A DNA stretch of 64,000 nucleotides from an uncultured Candidatus Saccharibacteria bacterium (GTDB lineage: Bacteria > Patescibacteriota > Doudnabacteria > UBA920). Numbering within the stretch: position 1 is the first letter of the stretch; the number at the start of each line of letters is the position of its first letter. Location of the stretch: positions 1,215-65,214 of the forward strand of contig CAZYMS010000001.1 of assembly GCA_964648985.1 (NCBI GenBank), written 5' to 3'. Below the pieces are notes generated by a model, which was given only the letters and a program-made list of their open reading frames with translations, ran no database searches and had not been told where the DNA came from. The position numbers and the translations under genes are program-made. Below, piece after piece: positions 12,263 through 20,008 of this stretch.

Positions 12263-12779
12263 GACCTATTTACTTCTCGTGCCCCATTTTTTGCGACAAT
12301 GGGACACCACATCCCGCTAATGATTGGGATGTGTGCTAATGATCTTGTTTTGTTTGGCAAAAGGGGGTGAATCTTCCCAAGATCGTGAGTAAGGAGGTGC
12401 CGAATTATGTACTCTGTAAAATTTAGGATTTTTAAGTTTAAAAATGGACGAAATACATTTTTAAACGCAAAAATAGGCCTTTCCCGCTTGTTTAAGAGCA
12501 GAAAAGACTTCTGGGAATCCCTACCTAATAGAGTACATACGCATATATGTCACTATAATTTGTCAAGTCGCTTTTGTCAAGTCTTTTTGCGACTTTATCC
12601 ACCCCTATCCACAAGTGAGCGAGCGAGCCATTCTAGACTTTTTATCTTGGCAAATGAGTTGCATGAAATATCTATTTATTAGGTTATTAGGTCAATACGA
12701 CAATAAGTCCATCTCGCTCACGTTTATGAGCAATTAGGAGTTAGTCATTTCTTTCGGTATATTCTGATATACTTTCCTT

Positions 12780-13343
12780 ATGATTGCGTACTTAGAAGGC
12801 ACACTTATACACTCTTCGCTTACCTATATAATAGTGAGCGTTAATGGTATTGGATATAAGGTGTTTGCTGTGCCAGAATTGCTAGGAAAACCAGTTGGCC
12901 AGCCAATACAACTATTCACGTACCATAAGAGTACAGATGACGGCCAGTCCCTATTCGGCTTTCCCAATGCCCATACCCTCGATTTTTTTGAGCTTTTGTT
13001 AACAGTTTCTGGCATTGGACCGAAAAGCGCCCTTTCCATCCTCTCTTCCGGAGAGATACACATGCTAAAAGAGGCCATAGCCAAGCAGGATGTTACTTTT
13101 TTTAGCCAAATGGGTGGTATAGGAAAAAAAACAGCTGAACGTATTATTGTTGAACTAAAAGATAAAATTGGTCAGCTCCCCGGGGTAGAAGGCGCCCCTA
13201 CAGGAAGTAGTGATGTTTTTGACGCATTAATAGGCCTTGGATACGGTACAAGCGAAGTACGACACGTGGTAAGTGAGGTAGACAGATCCGCTTCTACTGA
13301 ACAACAGTTAAAACAAGCTTTAAAGCTTTTAAGTAAAACTTAA
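12780..13343 (+). CDS. ruvA: Holliday junction branch-migration complex subunit RuvA
   Basis: MIAYLEGTL... N-terminus, helix-hairpin-helix region GIGPKSALSIL and a C-terminal domain. Typical length. Confidence 0.85.
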   Translation: MIAYLEGTLIHSSLTYIIVSVNGIGYKVFAVPELLGKPVGQPIQLFTYHKSTDDGQSLFGFPNAHTLDFFELLLTVSGIGPKSALSILSSGEIHMLKEAIAKQDVTFFSQMGGIGKKTAERIIVELKDKIGQLPGVEGAPTGSSDVFDALIGLGYGTSEVRHVVSEVDRSASTEQQLKQALKLLSKT

Positions 13344-13487
13344 AAGCAAGTGCCTAATTCCTCCATCGTCGCTAAAGCTATGGCGGACAAGTAATATCTA
13401 ATTTCTAATAGAAGACCAGGGCTTTAGGAGATTTGTATTATATTTAGACATTAGGAATTAGAAATTAGGTATTTCTTTTGGTAATCG

Positions 13488-14552
13488 ATGCACATTCAAG
13501 AAATTACTGATACAGATAAAGATATATACAATGCCTTTGTTGCAAGCAACAACGGCTCTTTTTTGCAAAGCTATGAATGGGGCGAATGGCAGAAAAAAAA
13601 TGGCAGGAATGCAAGGAGATACACGTGCACAGACGAAACAGGCGCAGTACAACTTGCAGCGCAATTTCTAGTATACCCCCTACCCCTTGGACAGTTTTAT
13701 TTGTATTGCCCATATGGGCCAGTGGCAAATTCCCAATTTCCATCCGCCAGCTGGCGGACCAATTTCCAAACGGCGATACAAGAATTAATAGGGCAAATCA
13801 AAAGAGACCATCCAAAAGCATTATTTACCAAACTGGAACCAATAACGGCTTTCAACCTACAACCTACAACCTACAACCTACAACCTAGTTCCCGAATTCA
13901 ACCCGGTTCCACTTTGCTACTAGACCTCACAAAAACTGAGGAGCAATTGCAAATGGAAATGCACCAGAAGACCAGGTACAACATTAAGGTAGCCAATAAA
14001 CATGGGGTAGTTATTAAAACAGGCACAGATACAACAGGTCCTGAAGCAGAAGAAATACTGATGCTCATTACCAAAACCACAGAAAGACAGGCATATAAAG
14101 GCCATTCGCTTTCCTATTACCAAAACTTTTGCAAATTCTTTGCAGAAGCAGTGCAAAGAAAAAATAATATCAGTGAAATTTCCAACTTAGACACTCCCAG
14201 TATGCAGGTACGATGGTATGGCGCTTTTTACCAGGAACATCTTTTGTCGGGTGGTATATTTATTGATTTCGGCAACACTCGAACATATTTATACGGTGGC
14301 TCAAATGATGCAAAAAAAAACATAATGGCCCCCTACGCTTTGCACTGGCACGCCATACGCGATGCAAAACAAGAAGCAATCACACACTACGATATGGGCG
14401 GCCTTGAAACCAGTTCTGGCACCACCCCTGGCTTTGCCCGCTTTAAACTCGGATTCGGCGGTGGGACAACCCACTACCCAACCCCCACAGATATATCTTG
14501 GCACCCTACCAATTACAAAGTCTACAGGATCGCAAAAAAAATATTGAGATAG
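13488..14552 (+). CDS. FemAB-family peptidoglycan peptidyl-transferase (aminoacyl-tRNA dependent)
   Basis: FLQSYEWGEW N-terminal block and KTRYNIKVANKHGV motif typical of FemABX. Adjacent to a Mur-ligase gene. Confidence 0.65.
   Translation: MHIQEITDTDKDIYNAFVASNNGSFLQSYEWGEWQKKNGRNARRYTCTDETGAVQLAAQFLVYPLPLGQFYLYCPYGPVANSQFPSASWRTNFQTAIQELIGQIKRDHPKALFTKLEPITAFNLQPTTYNLQPSSRIQPGSTLLLDLTKTEEQLQMEMHQKTRYNIKVANKHGVVIKTGTDTTGPEAEEILMLITKTTERQAYKGHSLSYYQNFCKFFAEAVQRKNNISEISNLDTPSMQVRWYGAFYQEHLLSGGIFIDFGNTRTYLYGGSNDAKKNIMAPYALHWHAIRDAKQEAITHYDMGGLETSSGTTPGFARFKLGFGGGTTHYPTPTDISWHPTNYKVYRIAKKILR
13853..13887 (+). repeat. Perfect heptanucleotide tandem repeat (CAACCTA)x5, in frame inside the FemAB-like CDS
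   Basis: Five exact copies read from the sequence. They encode NLQPTTYNLQPS. Confidence 0.9.
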
Positions 14553-14598
14553 TGCTAATTTTATAAGCAACCCCGCGCGACTGGGTAATTTAACAATA

Positions 14599-14632
14599 GA
14601 AAAAGTCGTGGCCAAAGCACCGCGACTTTTTG
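14599..14632. terminator. Bidirectional terminator hairpin between convergent genes
   Basis: A5-GTCGTGG...CCGCGAC-T5, one G:U wobble. Confidence 0.5.
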
Positions 14633-15001
14633 TTATTTCACGTTTTGCAGCACATAGCGAGCCATGGCCTGCAATTCAATGATATGTTCACTCTCTATTC
14701 GAGCAACCCCCTTTACATTAGCAAGGAAGTAATTTAAATACCCCTGCAACACAAGTTTCTGTTCCGACTGGGTTATAGCTTGCTGCTCTAAAGCCATATG
14801 TATCCAACTGCGCATAGCTACATGCTTACCTTTACGACAAAGGTAGCGATGATAACTAGGATCACCTGTATTTGTGATAATTTCTGAAGGTATTAAGGTA
14901 ATGCCTTCTCTTAATACCCAAGCAGCATAGCTGCGCAGCTTTTCGATAATCTCAGTACGAATACCATCCATTATAACCTCCACGGCCTTGAACTTTTGCA
15001 A
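14633..15001 (-). CDS. Hypothetical protein (122 aa)
   Basis: ORF only. Lies immediately 3' of the ClpB-like gene on the same strand, separated by a 12-bp-stem hairpin. Confidence 0.4.
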   Translation of the reverse strand: MQKFKAVEVIMDGIRTEIIEKLRSYAAWVLREGITLIPSEIITNTGDPSYHRYLCRKGKHVAMRSWIHMALEQQAITQSEQKLVLQGYLNYFLANVKGVARIESEHIIELQAMARYVLQNVK

Positions 15002-15063
15002 ATAGATAATAAACCTTGCTTAAACTTTTAGCAAGGTTTATTATACGCGAAATTTATTATACG

Positions 15064-17694
15064 TTATTTCGACACAAATTCTCCGGCTTCATTTACATCT
15101 ATAGTTACATCTCCCCCGCGGTCAAGCTGTTTGGAGAGGAGGAGTTTGGCTATAACGGACTCAACATGGTCCTGAATGTAGCGACGGATGGGACGGCCAC
15201 CAAGGAGCGGATCGAAGGCTTCGGTCGCAACTTTGTTAATGGCTGCTTCGGAAAAACCAAGTTTGATTTTTTTCTCGAGCAGTTGTTTGGTCACTGCACC
15301 AAGCTGGATACGAGTAATTCGCACTACTTCATCTGGCACAAGCGGTTTGAAGAGGATAACCCCATCAAAACGGTTAAGGAATTCTGGGCGGTAGTAATTT
15401 ATAAGAATTTTTTCTAGGAGCTCAGATTTAATTGAGTCTATATCCCTCCCCTCGCGTATGCCTGCTTGTATTTCCGGCGTGCCAGCGTTAGAAGTGGCGA
15501 TGATTATGGTATGCGTGAGGTCGAGTGTTTGCCCTGTCGCGGTAGTAATACGACCGTCTTCAAGTACCGCCAAGAAGAGGTTAAGCACATCAGCACTTGC
15601 CTTTTCAAGCTCGTCTAGTAAAAACAAACAAAATGGGTATGTTTTAAGATGGGTTACAAAGGGAGTAACTACTTGCTGCCCTGGGCTACCCACCAGTTTG
15701 CGCATACCATCGTCGCCCCGATATTCAGACATATCAAGCCGGAGCATATAGCGCTCGTCACCGAAATATACTGCGGCAAGGGTCTTGGCGAGCTCTGTCT
15801 TACCTACACCCGTAGGTCCTACAAACAAGAACGAGGCAAGCGGGCGCTGGCCACTTGAAAGACCGCTACGTGCGCGGCGCATACCTTCCGATACAGCAGT
15901 CACTGCTTCCTTTTGACCTATAACACGCTTGCCAATATCATCTTCCAACCGAAGCAGCTTTTCTGCCTCACCCTCAGTGAACGCACTCGTAGGTACGTGG
16001 GTCTTTTCCGCTACAACTTCTTGTATAACTTGCGGTGTAATAAGTTTTGCCGGACCCTTGGCTGCAGTCTTCACTTTGTTCGCCGCCTCTTGGAGCACTG
16101 AAATAGCTTTTTGTGGCTGACCCACATCTTTAAAGTATTCGTCTGTAAGTCGCACCGCTTCTTGTACTGCCTGGTACTCAAAGAAGGCGCCAGTCTGCCC
16201 TTCCAGCTGACTTGCGCGCATACAACTCGCAAGCATAACACCTTGCTCGTTTAAGTCCTTGAGTTCATATGTCACAAACCGCTCATCAAAATTAGCGCTA
16301 TTACGTAGGGTGGTTTGGTAGTCTTCTGCGGTAGTAGTAGCTATAACCCGGATAGAACTATTCTCCAAGTGATTCACCAACACCTCAAGTACGGACAAGC
16401 CTTCACTACCAGAAGCTTTGGCGAGTTGCTGCACATCATCAAGCGCGAAAATAATATTACCACTGTGCTCAGCTTCATGAAAAATATTGAGCAGGGCTTG
16501 CTCTGGGCTCACCTGACTTCCAAGTATGCCGGCAAGCTCTAAACGAACGAGACGCTTATCCTGCAACGCATATGGTACCTGCTCAGATGCCATCCGATAA
16601 GCCAAATCGGCCAGCACTGTACTACGGCCAGTCCCAACAGCACCTTTAACCAGTACACTCTTACCACTGTTGGCCATCAGGTCCATTATAGTGTCTGTAT
16701 CTGCATCGCGGCCGCGTGTAAGAGGTAGGCGATGGTACTTGGCGGCTATGGTTAAGTCAACGCTAAATTGATCCAGGTATGGCGTAGGTACTGCGGTAAG
16801 ACCCTTGTTTATACCTTTATCGCTTTTGTGTCGGGCAAGTTTACGAAATATTTTATCTTCTTCAAAGAGAAGGTCTATGTTGAAAATCCAAGCTGCTATA
16901 ACCTCCAGCTTGTCATAGGAAAGATCCATGTTAAAGAACAGTTTTTGTACGGGATGTTCGTCGGGAAGCTCAGTTGCAAGCGCGCACAAGAGCATAAGCG
17001 GGTCCACGGAACGGTTGCGCAATTTTAGACTTTCGGACAAAGCCACAAAAGGCACCCGAGCAACATACTCGCTCTCTTTTGTAAGGTCTAAGCTAGGTAG
17101 CATTTGCTTGAGTTGATCCGTAAGCTGGTCTGGGCTTACACCAAAACGATAAAACACAAGTTTAATAGATTCGTGTGCAAGCAAGGCAAGAAAAATATGT
17201 ACTGTGGTAGGTTTTTCACCCGCAATTCCAGGGACGGAGTTCCATATCTGCCTAGCACCCTTAGTGAACAAGTGATACACATCCACAGAACGCCCAGAAC
17301 TAGTCCACTTGCTTACGTTCGCCCATGACAAGACCCGCGTTACTTCATATTCAGCCGCAGCCTTGATCCGCCGCGCCCATAAGTACAATGCCCCCACTGC
17401 GCCGATCCAAACAAAAATGTTGAACCAGTGAGGTTGAACAAAAAACAATAAAGTAAACTCCTCTGTACCTACCGTCACTGCACCAAACACAAACGCAACA
17501 GCCCCCATACCGCATACTATATAGAGAACCATGTCTACCAGGCCATTTGCTGCTTCAGCTGCCTTTTCTCCCGCTATACGTATTGAGGAAAAGCTACCAG
17601 AAAACGAAAAGGCTGCGTTGCCATTGTGCGCCTCAAGCGGCCAACCACCGCTTGTCGGAGTATACTCAAAATTTTGTTCTACAGATTCATCCAT
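15064..17694 (-). CDS. Clp/Hsp100-family AAA+ ATPase (ClpB/ClpC-like), N-terminally membrane-anchored, with degenerate D1 motifs
   Basis: D2 Walker A FVGPTGVGKTELAK, Walker B LFLLDELEKA, and a C-terminal GGRPIRRYI block. D1 Walker A reads GAVGTGRST (Lys to Arg) and Walker B reads ALDDVQ (DE to DD). Two hydrophobic helices (LVDMVLYIVCGMGAVAFVFGAV and IFVWIGAVGALYLWA) precede the Clp_N repeats. No IGF/L ClpP-binding loop is seen. Confidence 0.8.
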   Translation of the reverse strand: MDESVEQNFEYTPTSGGWPLEAHNGNAAFSFSGSFSSIRIAGEKAAEAANGLVDMVLYIVCGMGAVAFVFGAVTVGTEEFTLLFFVQPHWFNIFVWIGAVGALYLWARRIKAAAEYEVTRVLSWANVSKWTSSGRSVDVYHLFTKGARQIWNSVPGIAGEKPTTVHIFLALLAHESIKLVFYRFGVSPDQLTDQLKQMLPSLDLTKESEYVARVPFVALSESLKLRNRSVDPLMLLCALATELPDEHPVQKLFFNMDLSYDKLEVIAAWIFNIDLLFEEDKIFRKLARHKSDKGINKGLTAVPTPYLDQFSVDLTIAAKYHRLPLTRGRDADTDTIMDLMANSGKSVLVKGAVGTGRSTVLADLAYRMASEQVPYALQDKRLVRLELAGILGSQVSPEQALLNIFHEAEHSGNIIFALDDVQQLAKASGSEGLSVLEVLVNHLENSSIRVIATTTAEDYQTTLRNSANFDERFVTYELKDLNEQGVMLASCMRASQLEGQTGAFFEYQAVQEAVRLTDEYFKDVGQPQKAISVLQEAANKVKTAAKGPAKLITPQVIQEVVAEKTHVPTSAFTEGEAEKLLRLEDDIGKRVIGQKEAVTAVSEGMRRARSGLSSGQRPLASFLFVGPTGVGKTELAKTLAAVYFGDERYMLRLDMSEYRGDDGMRKLVGSPGQQVVTPFVTHLKTYPFCLFLLDELEKASADVLNLFLAVLEDGRITTATGQTLDLTHTIIIATSNAGTPEIQAGIREGRDIDSIKSELLEKILINYYRPEFLNRFDGVILFKPLVPDEVVRITRIQLGAVTKQLLEKKIKLGFSEAAINKVATEAFDPLLGGRPIRRYIQDHVESVIAKLLLSKQLDRGGDVTIDVNEAGEFVSK

Positions 17695-17705
17695 GGGTGT
17701 AGTGA

Positions 17706-18044
17706 TTACGCGAACAAGCTAAATAGTTGGTAAATAATCATGACAATAGCTAGCGGAAGTGCTAGTACGTGAAATAAAAAAAGGGCAAAAGCAAATACAA
17801 GCCTGGCTGCTGTCCAGAAAAAAATGAAAAAGAGCAAAATAACTCGAAGAAAAATACTAATGATTCTACCTTGCCGGGTAGTATCACCGTATAAAGGCTG
17901 GGTAATATTACGCAAAAAAATAACGAGCCCTGTAGAGCGCAAAATGTAGCGAAACCTTGACTGGCAATGCCGCCACGCAAGCGTAAGTCCTTCGCTATAC
18001 CACCATATGGGAAAGTTAAATATTGAAAGTGGTTGATTGTTCAT
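17706..18044 (-). CDS. Small integral membrane protein (112 aa), upstream and co-oriented with the ClpB-like gene
   Basis: Three to four hydrophobic segments, 12-bp gap to the next gene. Confidence 0.45.
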   Translation of the reverse strand: MNNQPLSIFNFPIWWYSEGLTLAWRHCQSRFRYILRSTGLVIFLRNITQPLYGDTTRQGRIISIFLRVILLFFIFFWTAARLVFAFALFLFHVLALPLAIVMIIYQLFSLFA

Positions 18045-18245
18045 ACTATCATTTTACCACAGATACACAGATTTCACGGACCACATAGATGTTAACGATT
18101 CGCATCTGTGTGATTGGTTTTATCTGTGCATCTGTGGTCTATACAATCTGACTAAAGACTTCCGCCCAAGGCGGGTCCACCCTAAAAACTGCATTTATTC
18201 GCGGAAAGGATTAACGATTAAGGATAGTTCCGCTATACTACCTCC

Positions 18246-19595
18246 ATGATACGTGTGATAAAAAATTTTGCTCGAAAACTTATACCTGCTGGAATATTTA
18301 AGGCTGCCCAGCCGTATTACCATGGTTTACTTGCTACATGTGCCCACTATTATTACGGACAACCCAGCAATAAGCTTATTATAATAAGCGTAACTGGTAC
18401 TAAAGGCAAAACCTCTACCGCGCATATTATCTACCAAACCCTTAACAACTTAGGAGCTCCGTGCGGATTAGTCACCACTGCAGTAATTGATGACGGCTCT
18501 GGACAGCGCATGAACGAATATCGCATGACACAAATGTCCGGCCCAGTTACTCACAATCTTCTTGCGCACATGGTAAAGGCAGGAAAAAAGTATGCGGTTG
18601 TGGAAGTATCCAGTGAAGGACTAGCTCAGCACCGACATCTAGGCGTTAATTTTGATATAGCAGTATTTACCAATCTATCGCCCGACCACGTAGATGCCCA
18701 CGGAAGTTTTCAAGCGTATAAAGAAGCCAAAGGAATACTGTTTAAGACACTCGGTAAGTTACAAGTTACAAGTTACAAGTTACAAGTAAATCCGGTTATA
18801 GCAAAGACAATTGTTTCGAATGTAGATAGTGAGCACGGGTTATATTACCTCAATTTTAAGGCGGATAAGCATATCACGTACGGCATAGAAAATTCCTCAG
18901 CGAATCTAGTGGCGAAGGACATCCAAACTTCAACAAATGGCAGTGTATTCAACTTGTCACTTGTCACTTGTCACTTGTCACTACCCGGCAAATTTAATAT
19001 CTATAATGCGCTTGCTTCAGTGGCAGTAGCTGAGTCGCTCGGGTTCAATAAAGAGGTAATAGCAAAAGCGTTAGAGAAGCTACAGCCAATTCCGGGGCGC
19101 ATGGAAGTTTTACAGGTAGAACCCTTTACCGTACTTGTAGATTACGCTCATGAAAAAGCATCTATGACCGCACTCTATGAGACAGTAAAAAGCTGGCCAC
19201 ACAAACGCATTATTCAAGTATTTGGCGCAACAGGTGGCGTGCGGGATAAATCCAGACGAACCGACCTGGGAACCCTTGCGGGTAAGTTTACAGATATAGC
19301 TATAATTACAGATGAAGACCCATTCGACGAGGACCCACAAACTATAATTGATGATATTGCAGACACAGCAGTAGCAGAAGGTAGGGTTATTGGAAAAGAT
19401 TTATTTAGGAACTCAGATCGCCGCGGCGCCATAGCCCAAGCCCTTTCTCTTGCCAAGCCCGGGGACCTAGTACTCATAACAGGTAAAGGAGCGGAACAAA
19501 AAATCGCCCGTGCCAATGGCCAGTACGAAGAATGGGATGATCGGATAGTTACACAAGAACTACTCTCGGAACTGTCGCGAACCCCTAACCCGTGA
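18246..19595 (+). CDS. Mur ligase family protein (MurE/MurT-like) lacking the canonical N-terminal domain
   Basis: P-loop VTGTKGKTSTAHI, DYAHEKASM, C-terminal ITGKGAEQ. Central and C-terminal Mur ligase domains are recognisable. Confidence 0.7.
   Translation: MIRVIKNFARKLIPAGIFKAAQPYYHGLLATCAHYYYGQPSNKLIIISVTGTKGKTSTAHIIYQTLNNLGAPCGLVTTAVIDDGSGQRMNEYRMTQMSGPVTHNLLAHMVKAGKKYAVVEVSSEGLAQHRHLGVNFDIAVFTNLSPDHVDAHGSFQAYKEAKGILFKTLGKLQVTSYKLQVNPVIAKTIVSNVDSEHGLYYLNFKADKHITYGIENSSANLVAKDIQTSTNGSVFNLSLVTCHLSLPGKFNIYNALASVAVAESLGFNKEVIAKALEKLQPIPGRMEVLQVEPFTVLVDYAHEKASMTALYETVKSWPHKRIIQVFGATGGVRDKSRRTDLGTLAGKFTDIAIITDEDPFDEDPQTIIDDIADTAVAEGRVIGKDLFRNSDRRGAIAQALSLAKPGDLVLITGKGAEQKIARANGQYEEWDDRIVTQELLSELSRTPNP
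18758..18787 (+). repeat. Perfect heptanucleotide repeat (GTTACAA)x4, in frame in the Mur-ligase CDS
   Basis: Four exact copies. They encode LQVTSYKLQV. Confidence 0.9.
18952..18982 (+). repeat. Perfect heptanucleotide repeat (ACTTGTC)x4, in frame in the Mur-ligase CDS; a near reverse-complement of the upstream (GTTACAA)n array
   Basis: Four exact copies. The reverse complement of GTTACAAGT is ACTTGTAAC, versus ACTTGTCAC here. Encodes SLVTCHLS. Confidence 0.9.
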
Positions 19596-19608
19596 GTGGC
19601 ATTCTTTC

Positions 19609-19632
19609 ATAATTCTTAATTCTTAATTCATG
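19609..19632 (+). repeat. Heptamer direct repeat (TAATTCT)x3 spanning the start codon of the TsaB-like ORF
   Basis: Read directly: ataattcttaattcttaattcatg. Confidence 0.7.
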
Positions 19633-19956
19633 ATTCTCCATCTTAATACCACGAAACTTGAACGGATCGAATTCAAGCTACTAGATGGTAAAAAAACCAT
19701 AGCCGAGGATACTGTAGCACTTGAATATCACGAAAACGGTGACATACTTAAACACCTTGAAGCATTTTTGCGAAAACAAAAAGTAAAGAGTTTGGCATCG
19801 GGCTCTAAAAACCTACAACCTACAACCTACAACCTAATTACTGGTATTCGCGTTTCTGCCGGCACCGGTTCTTACACCGGCATCCGTGTAGGGACTTCTA
19901 TTGCGCAGGCACTAAGCCTTGCCTGGAATGTGCCTTTAAAAATTAAGAGCACCTAA
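19630..19956 (+). CDS. TsaB/YeaZ-like protein, N-terminal domain only (108 aa)
   Basis: ITGIRVSAGTGSYTGIRVGTSIAQALSLAWNVPL matches the TsaB GPGSFTGLRIG...A.ALA...P motif region. The ORF ends about 100 aa short of a typical TsaB. Confidence 0.5.
   Translation: MILHLNTTKLERIEFKLLDGKKTIAEDTVALEYHENGDILKHLEAFLRKQKVKSLASGSKNLQPTTYNLITGIRVSAGTGSYTGIRVGTSIAQALSLAWNVPLKIKST
19810..19836 (+). repeat. Heptanucleotide repeat (AACCTAC)x3.9, in frame in the TsaB-like CDS; same unit and phase as the array in the FemAB-like gene
   Basis: Encodes NLQPTTYNL, the same peptide as at 13853-13887. Confidence 0.9.
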
Positions 19957-19965
19957 CTACAAAAA

Positions 19966-19996
19966 ACTAAAAGAGCAGGGTTTCCTGCTCTTTTTC
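19966..19996. terminator. Bidirectional terminator (A-run, GAGCAGG-GTTT-CCTGCTC, T5)
   Basis: Perfect 7-bp stem between convergent gene ends. Confidence 0.6.
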
Positions 19997-20008
19997 TGTA
20001 CACTGTAG

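Noticed and set aside
13853-19836. CRISPR array, as an explanation for the short tandem repeats
   Set aside because: Units are 7 nt with no spacers and lie inside open reading frames. There are no cas genes.
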